Of a stretch of 64,000 nucleotides of DNA, positions 24,846 to 38,580 are shown one piece after another. Position 1 is the first letter of the stretch. The number at the start of each line of letters is the position of its first letter. Source of the stretch: Isurus oxyrinchus (Eukaryota); contig JANJGN010000014.1 in NCBI GenBank assembly GCA_026770705.1, positions 128,526,001 through 128,590,000 of the forward strand, given 5' to 3'. Both the position numbers and the translations under genes were made by a program. A model generated the notes under the pieces. The model was given only the letters and a program-made list of their open reading frames with translations, ran no database searches and was not told the DNA's origin.

Positions 24846-25384
24846 GAGGGAGAGAAAACAGCTTTGCGGACCGGCTCCCAGCAAGTGTGGGCTTGGGACG
24901 TCCATTTATTCCCAATGCTGAGGTCCCTGAACCTGTGGGGAAAATCCTGCTTAATAGTTCAAAATTGAAGAATAATTCTGGTTTCCTTCCCAGTCCCCTG
25001 TAATGTTCTCTTTTGTGCTTACGGATATTGGAACAGTATTCATTACTGGATAGAGCCTGTCATTGACTTAAACTAATTACAGTGCTAAACTGTGGAGAAT
25101 AGCCATTCTAAATCAGGTACATTAACCTGCCAACATAGTTTTAATCTTCACAAATGAGAGAGGTATTGGGAAACCGTTTCCATTTGCATCGGCTCTTATT
25201 AGTTAATGAAAAAACCTTTGCTTTCTAATTTTTAATTAACATTTGTAATAAGTTTCAAAAACAGCACAGCCACTTCCTGACCCTGAGGCATTGATAAATG
25301 AATCTAATTCATGCTGCTTCATAACGAGGGGTAGGGGGTGGGCAGGGGTTGGTGGTGGGGAACACATTTGCTTTATATTTATTA

Positions 25385-25548
25385 GAAAACAAATAGCTGC
25401 AGATGTTAGAAATTAGTAAAAAGAAGTGGCTGGAAATGTACAGTAGGTAAATTAGCATCTGTGGTTGGGACAAAGGATTGTGTTGGGCGCAGGAACCTGA
25501 ACAGATGGTGACTGACCTGCTATATGTTCCCAGTTTCAGCTTTATTTT
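25385..25548. mobile_element. Penelope pseudo-LTR-derived inverted-repeat element
   Basis: Arms 25429-25462 and 25501-25534 are inverted (24/34 match) and both resemble gatgctg..gacctgctgag..ttccag of the pseudo-LTR end. Confidence 0.6.
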
Positions 25549-25809
25549 AATAATGTTCTGGCTTCTGTTGTCTGTGTGCATGGGTCCCCGGTGGTTTGCA
25601 CAGTTTCTGTTCAACCTTGCCTGTGAGATGGTGCATGCTGGGGCTCCGTTGTTGAAAAGTGCTTGCCCAGAAACTCATTTCGTGTAGCATCTTAGCGCTG
25701 TCAGCATGTTGATGTCAGAATGGATTCTGTGGTGTCACAGGCCATTCACAAAACTGGTGCTCTTGCTGAAGACACTCCACTTAGTCTGAGTGATTTTTGA
25801 AGCCTGGTC

Positions 25810-26045
25810 ATATGGACATACGAACAAAGAGCAGAAGTGGGCCATTTGGCCCCTCGAGCCTGTTCCGCCATTTAATAAGATCATGGCTGATCTGATAGTA
25901 ACCTCCAATCTGCGTCCTGCGTATACCAGCTAACCTATCACCCCCTTGCTTACCACAAGTCTCTCCACCTCTGCCTTAAAAATATTCAAGGATTCTGCTG
26001 CCACCACCTTTTCAGGAAGAGAGTTCCAAAGACTCATGACCCGTA
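25810..26045 (-). mobile_element. CR1 3' fragment
   Basis: ggccatttggcccctcgagcctgttccgccattt..gagttccaaagactc. Confidence 0.8.
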
Positions 26046-26239
26046 GTCTATAGTCCTTCTGCACTTTGTAATATGTGACCAGAGTTATTAAATTCTGGTA
26101 GCACCAATGATTTACACTTTGCTTTGTATCTCTATCTGGTTACTATTGCAACAGTGTTTACATGTGTTTTTTTGCAGGTTAAACTATTCCTTCACATATT
26201 ACAGCTAAACATGTAACTGTCATCTTACCCGACTCCTGC

Positions 26240-27204
26240 TGTCACAAACAGAACTTATATGTTTCCTTTATCACCCATGATCAGTATGTTTTGAGTGTAA
26301 GAGGTGTGTATCAAAATTAAACAATTCCAGCAGCAAGCTTTTGTGAGTTTAAAAATAGTTTATTTATTCATACACACTTATTACGAACTAAATGCAACAT
26401 CTCACACACACACATAGATTAGATACAAATTAAGATAATATACTGTTACAGATTATAATTGTCACTGATTTAGGCTTCCTCAAGGCAGGCCTATAGTTTC
26501 TTGGATGGCTTTGATGCTTTGAAGTTGAAGTGAGATATTTATAAAATGAAAGATTCTCAGCAGGCTCAGAAGTTTCTCGTAGCTGAATTTCGAGGAGGTT
26601 GCTTCCTCGGTAAACTTGAAGTTAGAACAAGTTTTGGGGGCGGGTGTTGGGTGGGGTGGGACCTGCTCTCTGCTGGGATATTGCTCTTTCAAGATATTTA
26701 TGTTTATTACTTTGGCTGCTTGGATGACTTGCAGCTAATTTAATAACATTCTGGTGGAACTCTTGCTGACTTAAGAGCAGACTGCTCTTTGTGATTTTCA
26801 CAAAAGCTTTTTTCCAAACTAAAAGGTGGTGTGTATGTTGGTTCGAATCATCCTGCCTTGTCATTTGACCCATTGAGATTTACCCAGCCTAGTTTGGATG
26901 AGGTAAACCATCATAATACAATGGTAGGTTGATAGGATCCATCCTACACACAGAGTTTCAATGTCCCCTTTTGTCCAGGGTGAAACAGTGAGTCATACTG
27001 GCTGGAATTCTATGATCCTTTACAGTTGGTCCGCCCTTAAACAGAGGGATGTGTGCATTCCCCAGATGGCTTTGAGGGTCCATTTTTAATTAGGTATTTG
27101 CTTGAGTCTTAAGACTGTCTGATTTTCAGCGGCCATTTTAATAGCTTGTGCATGTGTCTGGCTTTAGATGTATTGACTGAAAGTTCATAACATGGGATGT
27201 GACA
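26240..27204 (-). mobile_element. Solo LTR
   Basis: TGTCACA...TGTGACA perfect 7-bp inverted termini; flanks CTGC/CTAC; minus-strand AATAAA and (CA)n laid out as in 21902-23047. Confidence 0.7.
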
Positions 27205-27699
27205 CTACTAATAGTTAAAATAAAAACACATATTTATGGAATAAAAAAGTAATTGATAGTGGAGAAACTATCGTTGCAATATAAACAGAGCTGGAATTGG
27301 ATTGATTAACAACAAATAATTTGACAGACTGTAGAACTCCCTCATGACATTGTTGCTTTTGAATTATTACATTTCACAAATCCAAGATAATTGGTGTCCC
27401 ATCAATTTCTCATCTTGTGTCCTCTCTTTATATCCTGCAAGTTGCCATGTAAACCAATGACACCTAACAGCAGTTATATCAATCAAATTAACTTGTGATT
27501 GATGGTGTACAATAACGATGGTGCATGGCTGCTCTTCTCATTCAGAGTTACTAAGGATTGTTTTACAGGAGGTGGGTTCCTATTGGAAACTTTGCTAATG
27601 ATTATAAAATGCTCAGATGTGCCTTCCTGTTGCAGTTTGTTCACGTGTTAGGTAACAATTACTGGGAGAGGTTACTGGGAAAGACAATACAATTTTTAA

Positions 27700-29910
27700 A
27701 AATTGATTCACGGGATGTGGGCTTCGCTGGCTAGGCCAGCATTTATTGCCCATCCCTAATTGCCCTTGAAGGTGGTGGTGAGCTACCGCCTTGAACTGCT
27801 GCAACCCATGTGGTGTAGGTACACCCATTGTGCTGTTAGGAAGGGAGTTCCAGGATTTTGACCCAGTGACAGTGAAGGAATGGATATATATTTCCAAGTC
27901 AGGATGGTGTGTGGCTTGGAGGGAAACTTGCAGGTGATGGTGTTCTCATGTGTCTGCTGCCCTTGTCCTTCTAGATGATAATGGTCATGGGTTTGGACGG
28001 TGCTGTCTAAGGAGCCTTGGTGAGTTCCTGCAGTGCATCTTATAGATGGTACACACTGTTGCTACTGTACATCAGTGGTGGAGGGAGTGAATGTTTGTGG
28101 ATGTGGTGCTAATCAATTGGGCTGCTTTGTCCTCAATGGTGTCAAGCTTCTTGAGTGTTATTGGAACTGTGCTCATCCAGGCAAGTGGGGAGTATTCCAT
28201 CACACTCTTGACTTGTGTGTTGCAGATTGTGGGCAGCATTTGGGGAGTCAGGAGATGAGCTACTCACCACAGAATTCCCAGCCTCTGACCTGCTTTTGTA
28301 GCCACAGTATCTATATGGCTAGTCCAGTTCAGTTTCTGGTTAATGGTAACCCCCCAGGATGTTGATAGTGGGGGATTCAGTGATGGTAATGTCATTGAAT
28401 GTCAAGGGGGCGATGGTTAGATTCTTTCTTGTTGGAGATGGTTATTGCCTGGCACTTGTGTGGTGTAAATGTTACTTGTCATTTGTTAGCCCAAGCCTGG
28501 ATATTGTCTAGGTCTTGCTGCATTTGAACACGGGCTGCTTCAGTTTCTGGAGAGTCGCGAATGGTGCTGAACATTGACATCTCCTTCCATCATAAGGTCA
28601 GAATTGGGGATGCTCGCTGATGATTGCTCATTGATGAAGCAGCTGAAGGTGGTTGAGCCGAGGACTCTACCCTGAGGAACTCCTGCAGTGATGTCCTGGA
28701 GCTGAGATGACTGACCTCCAACAACCATAGACATCTTCCTTTGTGTTAGATATGACTCCAACCAGAGGAGAATTCTCCCCCTCCACCACCCCCTCCCACC
28801 CCAATTCCCATTGACTTCAGTTTTGCTAGGGCTCCTTGATGCCACACTCGGTCAAATGCAGCCCTGATGTCAAGGGCAGTCACCCCCATCTCATCTCTAG
28901 AGTTCAGTTCTTTGTCCATGTTTGAGGCTAGTGATTGTGGTTGAGTACAATTATGCTGCTGCTGATGGCCCACAGCACCTCCTGGATGCCCAATGTTGAG
29001 TTGCTAGATCTGTTTGAAATCTACCCATTTAGCATGGTGGTAGTGCCACACAACATGATGGAGGGCATTCTCAATGTGAAGACGGGACTTTGTCTGCACA
29101 AGGACTGTGCGTTGGTCATTCCTATAGATACTGTCATGGACAGATGTATCTGTGGCAGGCAGGCTGGTGATTATGAGGCTAAGTATGCTTTTTCTTGTTG
29201 GTTCCCCCACCACCTGCTGCAGACCCAGTCTAGCAGCTATGCCATTTATGATTTGGCCAGCTTGGTCAGTAATGGTGATACTGAGCCACTCTTGGTGACG
29301 GACATCCGGAGTACATTTTGCATCCTGGCCACCCTTGGTGCATCCTCCAAGTGTTTTTCAACTTGAAGGAGTACTGATTCATCAGCTGAAGGGGTAGAGG
29401 GGTGGGTGGGGTGGGGGGGGGGGGGGGGTGGTAGGGTGGCAGACGCAGCACATGGTAATCAGCAGGAAGTTTCTATGCCCATGTTTGACCTGTGGCCATG
29501 AGACTTCATGGGGTCTGAAGTCAATATTGAGGATTCCTAGGATAGCTCCCTCCTGACTGTATACCACTGCCACCACCTCTGCTGGGTCTGTCCTGCTGGT
29601 GAGATAGGACATGCCCAGGGATCGTGATGGTGGTGTCTGGGACATTATCTGTAAGGTATAATTCCATGCATCTGACTATGTCAGGCTGATGCTTGACTGG
29701 TCTGTGAGACAGCTCCCCCAATTTTGGCACAAGCCTCAGATGTTGGTAAGGAGGGCTTTACAGGGTCGGCAGGGCCTTTGCCCTTTTTTGGTGCCAAGGT
29801 CGATCCAGGGTGGTCAGTCTAGTTTCATTCCTTTGAGACATTTTAGTTGTTTGATACAACTACGTGGCTTGCTAGGCTATTTCAGAGGACGTTTAAGAGT
29901 CAACCATATT
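27700..29910 (-). mobile_element. ORF1-less CR1/L2-group LINE, copy 2 (internal deletion, head lost)
   Basis: APE start (KLGELSHR.VK.QPDIV), EPTR..ILSLI.T, ALDIRAAFDRVWHQG, AGVPQG.VLG; 29850-29910 continues into the SINE-body sequence. Confidence 0.9.
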
Positions 29911-30104
29911 CAATCCAATTGCCAATTAGATAACTTTCTGAAGAGAGTAAAGATTGAAGAGCAAAGGATTTGCACTCATATATAGCACCTTTCATGACTT
30001 TGGCTGTAATGCGCTTTAGGGCATCCTATGGTTTACTTTTAACATGTAGCCACTGTCATAAATGTAGGAAATGGGACAGCCAATTTGCACAAAGTAAGAT
30101 TTTT

Positions 30105-31232
30105 TTCATTCATTTATGGGATGTGGCCGTCATTTACAAGCCCAGCGTTTATTTCCTGTCCTTAATTGCCCTAAAGAAGGTGGTGGTGAGTTGCCTTTTT
30201 TGAACTGCTGCAGTCTATGTGGTGAAGGCACTCCCATAGAGTTAAGAGGGATTTCCAGGATTTTGACCCAATGGCAAGGAACAGTTATGTATTTGTGAGA
30301 CTTGCAGGAGGTGGTATTCCCATGTGCCTGCTGCCCTTGTTCTTCCAGATGATAGAGGCTGTGTGTTTTGGAGGAACAGGCAAAGAGGCCTTGTGAGTTG
30401 CAATGCATCTTGTAGATAGTGCATACTGCAGCCGCAGTGCACTGGTGTGGAGGGAGTGAATGATTAAAATGTTGCATGGGGTGCCAATCAAGTGCGCTGC
30501 TTTGTCTTGGATGGTGACAAGTTTCTTGAGTTTTTCTGGAACTGCATTCATTCAGGGAGGTGGAGAGTGTTCCATCCTAACTTGTGCCTTATTGATGATG
30601 GAAAGCCTTTGGGGAGTCAGGAAGTGAGTCAGTCACTCAGGGAATAGGCCAGCATTTATTGCCCAGAGTCACATCTGAGAGGGGACAGCAGATAAAGGAC
30701 ATCAGTGAACCAGATGAGTTTTTACAACAATTTACAAAGGTCTAACGATGACCATGAAACTTTTAATTCCATCATCTGCAGCGAGATTTGAACCCGGGTT
30801 CCCAGACCATTAATCTGGGTCTCTGGATGACTAGTCCAGTGACAATATCACTATGCCATCACCTCCCCTGTAAATGCCCAGCCTCTGACCTGCTCTGTTA
30901 GCCACAGTTTTTATGTGGCTGGTTCAGTTAAGTTTCTAGTCAATGATGTGGCAACCCAATGATGTTAATGCCTTTGAATCTCAATGGAAGGTAGTTTAGA
31001 CTCTTTCGTGTTGGAGATGCCAGTTAGCAGCCTAAAGCTGAATGTTGTCCAGGTGTTGCTGTGTGCGGGCATGGACTGCCTCAGTATCTGAGGAATTGCA
31101 AATGAAATTAAACACTGGGCATCGGCAAACATTCCCACTTCTGACCTTATGACGTAGGGACTGTTGTTGATAAAGTAGCTGAAGGTGGCTGGACCAAAGA
31201 CTCTACTTTGCGGAACTCCTGCAGCAATGTTC
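30105..31232 (-). mobile_element. 3' part of the same LINE family with a nested tRNA-headed SINE (30647-30868, minus)
   Basis: AGVPQS.V.GP.TFSYFIN..IRSEVGMFAD; nested copy carries the A/B-box head. Confidence 0.8.
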
Positions 31233-31234
31233 CA

Positions 31235-31490
31235 CAAGCAACAATCTGATAATGACCAGATAATCTGTTTCAAATATTGATCAAGAAACTCTAGTTGAGC
31301 TCCCCTGCTTTACTTTAGTAGAGCACCACGAGATCTTTTACATATATCTGAGAGGGGAGATGGGGCCCCGGTTTAATGTGTGATGAGAAAGGTCACACCT
31401 TCGGGATTTTGAGCTTAAAATGTCTTGCGTGGGTCTTTAGCCCACAATCTTCTGACCTAGAGGCAAAAGTGCTACCACTGAGCTACAACA
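31235..31490 (-). mobile_element. Deu-domain SINE fragment
   Basis: ggggccccggtttaatgt..gaaagg; head aaagtgctaccactgagcta on the plus strand. Confidence 0.65.
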
Positions 31491-32674
31491 GAGACAATAG
31501 AGTGGTTATGATGAGAAGGTGGATAGATGGTGTCAGCCCATCAAGAGAGGGATAAAATTTGAGTCAAATGAATTTTCCTGTTGTAAAAAAAGATCCTTAT
31601 TGAATCGAACAAAAAACTTTGCAAACTCCTAATGAAAGTAGGGCCCATGGAATTTGAATATTTGACATAATTTAGTATTCTGTGTTTATCACTTGGAAAG
31701 AGGAACACCATTTATTTTGCAACAAAAGTCCTTTTTTCCCAGTAGCAATGAGCAACAACTTGAATTTTGGCTCATATGATTGGAAGATTATAATCATTTT
31801 CTAACACAAAAAATAAAGTGGATTTAAAAAAAAAATCCACCAGAACTCCTTGATTTAAAAAAAAATCCTTTATTTTAAATTGCTTATTCCTTAAGAACTG
31901 GCTTTAGTATTCTACATTGAAATTTCCATTGATTGCTAAATGGTCTTGACATTGCTTGTTTTTTTCCCATAATAGCAATGTAAACTTGCTCTTCAAAGTG
32001 ATGAGTCTTCAGAAAGAGTAAGATCTAGGGAAGTTCTCAGATAGGGAAATCAACTGTAATTTCACTTGAAGTTGGCATTGTTTTTATGTGAGAAGTTGGT
32101 CATTAATATGATAATTTTGATTGATTTTGGAGTAGAAAGTACTGGGTTCTAAGAGTCAATTGCAAACAAGTAGACATTTATTGGAGTTGCACATCTCCAG
32201 GGATTGTAAAGGGGAAAGGGACACCATGACCTGAAAATTGATTAAAAGAAAGATGAACTTAAATTATAGCTCTTTTTAGCAAAATCGATAATAATTAAAG
32301 TGAGGCTTATACCCTTAAGTGATTATATATACATCAGCACTCTTTTAGTTCTTATGAAGCACCAAGTAAGTTTAGCAGTTCATCTTGTGTGAGATGATAC
32401 CATTTATGGCGAGGTTGATACTGTTCGTAAAACAAAAAATATTGAAATCCCAGAAGCAAAAGCCAGTAAAACTTGGAAATGAAGGGCACCAGTAAATCTT
32501 GGTCTTGTATGCCTTAAAATGGAACTCCAGTATTACTGATTTTTACTGGGATTTGTGAATATAGAACTGTTTTTTCCTTCTGGGATATGTATAATAAATC
32601 CTCACATCTGCAAATGGTAAAGACCGATCAGGACTATAGGTGGAGATCCTTCATTACAGCAAGGTGAAAAAAGG

Positions 32675-33070
32675 AACCTGTTAGCATGTTTCATGATCTC
32701 AGGACATCTCAAAAGTCCTTAGAAACCAGTGAATTAATTTTTGACGTGTTAGTTGTTATTGTAAATACAGTTGTTGTCAATTTGCACACAGCAAGGTTCT
32801 ACAAAACCACTGAGATAAGTGGTCAGACAATGGTGATTGAGGGCTGGATGTTGCTCAGGACACCAGAAAAACTCCCTTGCCCTTGTTTAAATTGCACCGA
32901 GATAGTTTGCAGGTGGACGTTGGATTAAAGACTTATCCAGGAAAGCAGCTTCTTCAGCACTACAGTGAAGAGTCAGCCTTGGTTTAGGTCTTTAAATCCT
33001 TGACCGGGACTTTGGACCCACAACCTCTGACTGAGATGTGAAAGTGCTACAAACTGAGCCAAAGCTGACA
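32675..33070 (-). mobile_element. Deu-domain SINE, degraded
   Basis: Reverse-complement tail, aatttgcacacagcaag, head aagtgctacaaactgagcc. Confidence 0.65.
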
Positions 33071-34064
33071 TCTTGGCGGGCACAGTTGTTGGATGTAACA
33101 TGAATCCGTCCTTTCTCATTCAGCTGCTGCTTGTCCCATTTCAGCAATTCTAGCATTTTCTGGATCTATTTCATCTTAACGCACATTCTACTAATAGAAG
33201 TGTGTTCCTACATTTTTTCACGTGCTCTATGGTTACAAACACATTGATCATGCATTACATTGATGGTGTACAAACACATAGTAAAGTGTCTATGGTGTAA
33301 ATGAGTGAGACATAGAGTGGCTTGCATATAGCTCTGGACACTGGCTAATTGCAGATTGGGTTCCTTCATTGAGCCACTGTTGTCTGGATATTTTTGAATA
33401 TACCACCATGTGATTTTTTTTTTTAAGGATCACTACTTGGTTGGGATGATGAGCATCCTTCCCAACACCCTTCGACATAGAAGACAGTCAAAATCTATAT
33501 CTGTAATGATCATCTATAGTGATTATAAAAATTGCCTTCAGTGAAAACTTTCTGTGAAGTAAGATAGGAATCATTTAGTAAGCAAAATAAAATTACTGAG
33601 AAAAGAATCATTAATTAAAACTGAAAGCTGAAAGGAGACCACTCAAATGTGCGTGAAGCCCTTTAGGGAGTGCTGCTGCTGGGCCAGCCAGTCACTGGCA
33701 CTAAGCCAGGAATAGAGATTGGATTTTAAAACAAAAGCTTCCACTAATTCAGCCATTCATATATTTTCTTTAATAATAATCACCCATCAGAATTGCTGGA
33801 GACATGTAAGCTACCATGTTGCCATTGGATCAGCCACACTTGATTAGTTTTATAATATTCACAAAATTGCAGTGAATGAGAAAAGGCTAATTGTCCCAGG
33901 TAGCTCATCCATCTTGAAAGAAACGAGTCCCACTGTGACCACATCCATCTGTTTCTTCAGTTATTTTGGGGTTGTTGTCTCCATTACCTCACTTGAGATT
34001 ACTATCTGAAATACTTTTTTCTTAATGTGCCAAGAGTGTATTGTTCATTTTCTCATACAGACCA

Positions 34065-34465
34065 ATCTCCATCATAAGATCAGATATGGGGGTATTCACT
34101 GATGATTGCAGTGTTCAGCTCCATCCACTGCAACTCAGATAATGAAACAGTCCTTGCCTGCATCCTGTGACCTCTATCACCTGGGAAGACAAGGAAAACT
34201 GCTGCCTCCAAGTTTCCCACCAAATCACACACCATCCTGACTTGGAATTAAGACACTGTTCCTTCATCACCGCTGGATCAAAATCCAAGAACTCCCTTCC
34301 TCAATGCACTGCAGATGTACCTACACCAAATGGACTGCAGCAGTTCATAACCATCTTCTTTAAGGGCGATGTAAGTGTTTCCCCCAAATGCTCAAGTTCA
34401 TATTGTTTGCCACCTTCTTTAAGTGATGGGCAATAAATGCTGGCCTTGCCAGCAATGCCATCCAG
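34065..34465 (+). mobile_element. Fragments of the ORF1-less LINE 3' region
   Basis: ccatcataagatcagat..gatgattgca; caccatcctgacttggaa; gatgggcaataaatgctggcc. Confidence 0.7.
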
Positions 34466-34754
34466 AGAGTGTCTTCAGTAGTTTTTTGCATCTTGTGCTT
34501 AACTCTTCGCCTCAGTCTGTGATTTCCCCCCATGTGCTCAAGTTCATATGGTTTGCCGACACTCTTGGATTGTCTGGGAGTCTCCCAGAGCCAGTGATTA
34601 GTCTCTGGGGCATTGCTTGGAGAAATGACCCTTATTTACAGTTCCCAGCCTTCCTGTTTGACCAATTAGCAAAACACTCCATGGATCCTAGTGCAATGTT
34701 CCACCCCTGATAATGTATCCTGCTCTGTTTTTGGTGAAGTGGAGGACGAACTGC

Positions 34755-35197
34755 TGAGGAGAGCAGGAGGATTCCGAATTTTGAAGACAGAGAGAAGTAA
34801 GAGATGACTTGGTTGAAACCTTTTAAGATCCCGAGGGGTCTTGACAGGGGTGAATGTGGGGAGGATGTTTCTTCTTGCGAAGGAGTCTAGAACTAGGGGT
34901 CACGGTTTTAAAAAAAAAAAGGGGTTGCTCATTTGAGATGGAGATGAGGAGAATTTTTTTTTTCTGTAAGGGTCGTGAGTCTTTGAAACTCCCTTCTTCA
35001 AAAGGCAGTGAAGCGGAGTCTTTGAATATTTTTAAGGCAGAGCTAGATAGATGTTTAACAAACAAGGAGGTGAAAGGTTATCGGGGTAGGCAGGAATGTG
35101 GAGAGGAGGTTATAATCAGATCAGACATGATCTTATTGAACAACGGAGCAGTCTTGAGGGGTTGAGTGGCCTACTCCTGGTCCTAATTTGTATGTGT
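34755..35197 (+). mobile_element. CR1 3' fragment
   Basis: RVVSL.NSL-like segment and UTR ending ggcctactcctggtcctaatttgtatg. Confidence 0.8.
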
Positions 35198-35335
35198 GTT
35201 TATTTGTAAGAAGAGAGGATTGCAAGGGCCTGAATGCCTGGATGATCCATGTACACTACATGTAGCCAGTCCTGACGATAAATGCTCTGCTTTTCATAAT
35301 TTCACTGTGATAATCTCTCACTTGGGAAGGACTAT

Positions 35336-36790
35336 TGGCCTAGAATTTCAATTATGCCACACCCGTATTTCAGGCACTAAATCAGTGCAGAAGCATAAAG
35401 TAATAGTAGGATTCGCCTGCTCGTTTTCGTCAGGGACCTGCCTTTGGGCACAAACCCGAAGAGGAATAAGGAGTTGGATTTTACGAGTGTGGGAGGGGCC
35501 TTCACATCAGGGGAGAGCACCGGGTGTACTCTGTTGGCCTCCCATCGTGTTCCCGGTTCGCAGCCCTCCTTTATGGTCATTCCATAGAACAGAGGTTTCC
35601 TCTAATGGTAATGGACAACCTGCAGCTACAGCCCTGCCGATGGGTGTGCCTACCTGCCCCTGGCACAGTTAAAAACAAAACTTACCTTGGCGCAGCATCT
35701 CTCTGAGGCGGGCTCGTGTCCTCAATTGGACAATGTTCCATCTGAGGGCCTCTTAATTCTGTCGGTAAAATGTTGGGTCCTGTCTCCTCGGAGTTGGGGT
35801 CTGCTTTCGACCCTGGCAGCAGAGCTTCTTTCCTGCTCAAAGGATTCAGCCCAAGGTTTCTACGCATGTCGGATGACTCGTTTCCAATTTTGGCATGGCC
35901 CAGTGCGTATCATTGCCAGGAGCTAAACTTGCTGAGCAACTCATAGTGCTCATGGCAGGAAGGACCCATCGCTAGTATTATTTAAGGAGATTACGCAGTA
36001 CTCAAGGTTAATTGCTGGTTTGTCATCCCAGGCTTCTGGTTAACTTCTGGACTCTTTTTGACCTGTTTTCTGATGGTGGGCATTTAGTTTTAACTGCTGG
36101 GAAGATCATCCTGCTGGTGCTGCACTTTTTTTTAACCAATTGACTGTAGCCATTGATCTCATACCTCTGCTTTCAGGACTGGAAGTCAAGGGGGAGCAAC
36201 AAGGAGGACAGCACACAACAGGAGAGACTACAGCAAAAGGCAGGAAAAGGAGGAGGGCATTGTGCTGGAGACCATACCCACAGTGGTTAAACAGGCAGCA
36301 TTTCTCCTATGTGACTGTTGCCAAGAAGCAAATACAAGAGGCGTCTTCGCCTCATGGAGCAGGCCATCACAGCGCTCTGTCACCTGCTTTAGCCTCAACT
36401 CGAGCCTCGATCCTGGGTGAAAGTGTCAGTTTTGCTTGCAAGATTTGAGCCTGCACACCTAGACGGCCTGGACTCTCAATTCCCACCTGACACATTCCTG
36501 CATTCCACCGATCGTCGATTTTCAGTTGAGCAGTCTCATTTGTTCATTTCATGCTTGGTTGCACTGCTGAAGGAAATGCAAAGTTACAGTGTTCATGTGA
36601 CCGAGGGTCACATGGATTGGGGTGTGGCAGGATCAACTCTCCTGAGCCTTCTGTTGGCACCCACGTGACCTCAGCAGCACCCCACCAAATTGCAGCTTTC
36701 TGTTTGCGAAAGTGCAGGAGGTTGCACAATGAAAAACGACCCGTGCTGAACTCCCAAAACGTTTCTGGCAGGCGTATTATTTACAGCATG
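35336..36790 (+). mobile_element. Non-autonomous PIF/Harbinger-like element with transposase N-terminal remnant (~36240-36400)
   Basis: RRRALCWRPYPQ..RQHFSY then, after a frameshift, RRLRL..AITALCHLL, resembling HARBI1-type N-termini; starts ggcctagaattt. Confidence 0.5.
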
Positions 36791-36912
36791 AGAGTCTGCT
36801 GGTTCTAGTTCTGCGTGGTAGACATTGACCCTTCTACAATTCAATCCCTTGCAGCACTACACAGCTCCCAGCACAACAGCAATTTTTGGTTTGTTTTATG
36901 CTTCTAAACACA

Positions 36913-37029
36913 GGGCGGAATTTTCTGGCCCCATCATGGTGGGAGCGGGACCATAAAATGTGGTGAGCCATTCAAAAAACCATTGACTTTGGCGGGACAG
37001 TAAAATCCTGCCTGCGTAAAATTCCATCC
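36913..37029. mobile_element. Small MITE
   Basis: gggcggaatttt...aaaattccatcc inverted termini. Confidence 0.6.
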
Positions 37030-38214
37030 ACTTAACAGGCAATTTCCAGTACTCTTTATTATTTGGCTTTATGCTCATAAAATGGTGTGCAGCAAATGGA
37101 ACCTAATGCACCTATTTTTCATCCACAAAATGAAGGCAAAAAGCACTGATTTCTGGGTGCTGTCTGCCCTACTCCAAGGGTGCTTGGAAGATGTCCGCTG
37201 ACCTATTGTGTTGATGATATCCAGACTTTCCTGCTGTCCCCTAAAACTGGCATTAAGGTATATGTTCATGATTAACGCTTGTTTCAGAATTTCTGGAAAT
37301 TCGACAACAGCCAGGAGAAGGCTCGTTCTGTGGCCTAACTGGCTATGTCCCAAACTTAACGGGACCGCACGAGGCCGATCCCAAAAAAGGGTAAGCTCTT
37401 TTTTTTTAAAGCTTTGCCTTTATATGCCAGAAGGAGCAGGAGTGCTCCCTGGGTTTACAGCGCTGCCATGAGCTGTTAACCAGTAAGGCAGCCAGACAGA
37501 ATTGGTACTGTGGGTTCTGCTGAGCTGCCTCTCAATATTGATTGGTGTCTTGAGCTTGGCAGAAATAATGCTAGTGAGGACTAGGCCTAATTTTGTTCAC
37601 CAATCATGCTGCACCAGAAACTAGCCAAATCGAATCTCTAGGCTGCATGTCTCTACATGTTATTGAACAGTATCACTGGTCTAGTTTCTTCCTCCCATTT
37701 TACAGTTTGGGGGCAATAGTTCTACCAATGTCCATCAATATATAGCCACTACACCATAGTGCACATTAACAATTGTCTCCACCTTAGCTAGAAAAACTAG
37801 GGCACTCTGTATATACAAGGTGCTAGATAGGAACTGATAAGTGTTTTGCCTTTTGCACAGTAGAACAGGCTCTCCATTCAAAATCTACTTCCCCACATTT
37901 ACGTCCAATTCAGAATTTTCATCCCTCCTTCATACAGTTATTAGGTGGGTAGCGTTGTGGCTTGAGCAATAAGATGCTTAAAGCCAGAATAAATGGTTAA
38001 CTGTGATTGGGATTCAAACTATTCCCTCAGTTGAGGTGCAAAATTGCTCCATGTATTGTGACCTCAATATTTGTGCTCATGATCTGAGTTCTTAGCAACG
38101 ATGTGTCCGACAGTGAATTCCACTTCTTAGCTATGTGTCTATGGAAGCGACTGCGATAGAGACTAAAGTCTTAGCCACAGTTACAGAATCTGCTACATGT
38201 ATTCATTTAAACAT

Positions 38215-38580
38215 CTGTTGAGTATGATTTCTGGGAGAACGTGGCCTATTCTCTGTAGTGTTGAACTGACAGAGTTGCCATCTTTAGAATGAGATGTTAA
38301 ACCGAGGGCCTAGTCTGCTGTCTTGGGTAAAGTATCCCAAGATACTATTCGGACAAAGAGCAGAGAAGTTCCTCCAGTTTTATGGCCAATATTTAATCCT
38401 CAGCCAACATAACAAGAACAGATTTTCTGGTCATTATCACATCACTGTTTGTGGGATTTTGCTGTGTACAAATTGGTTGTTGCATTTCCTACATTACAAC
38501 TGTGACCACATTTTTAAAGTACTTAATTAGCAGTAGGAGGCACTGACGTGGTGTAAAGACAAGTCAGTCTTTCTTTCAAG
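38215..38580 (+). mobile_element. Deu-domain SINE
   Basis: gagatgttaaaccgagggcc..ggccaatattt..cattatcacatcactgtttgtggga..tttcctacattacaac. Confidence 0.75.
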
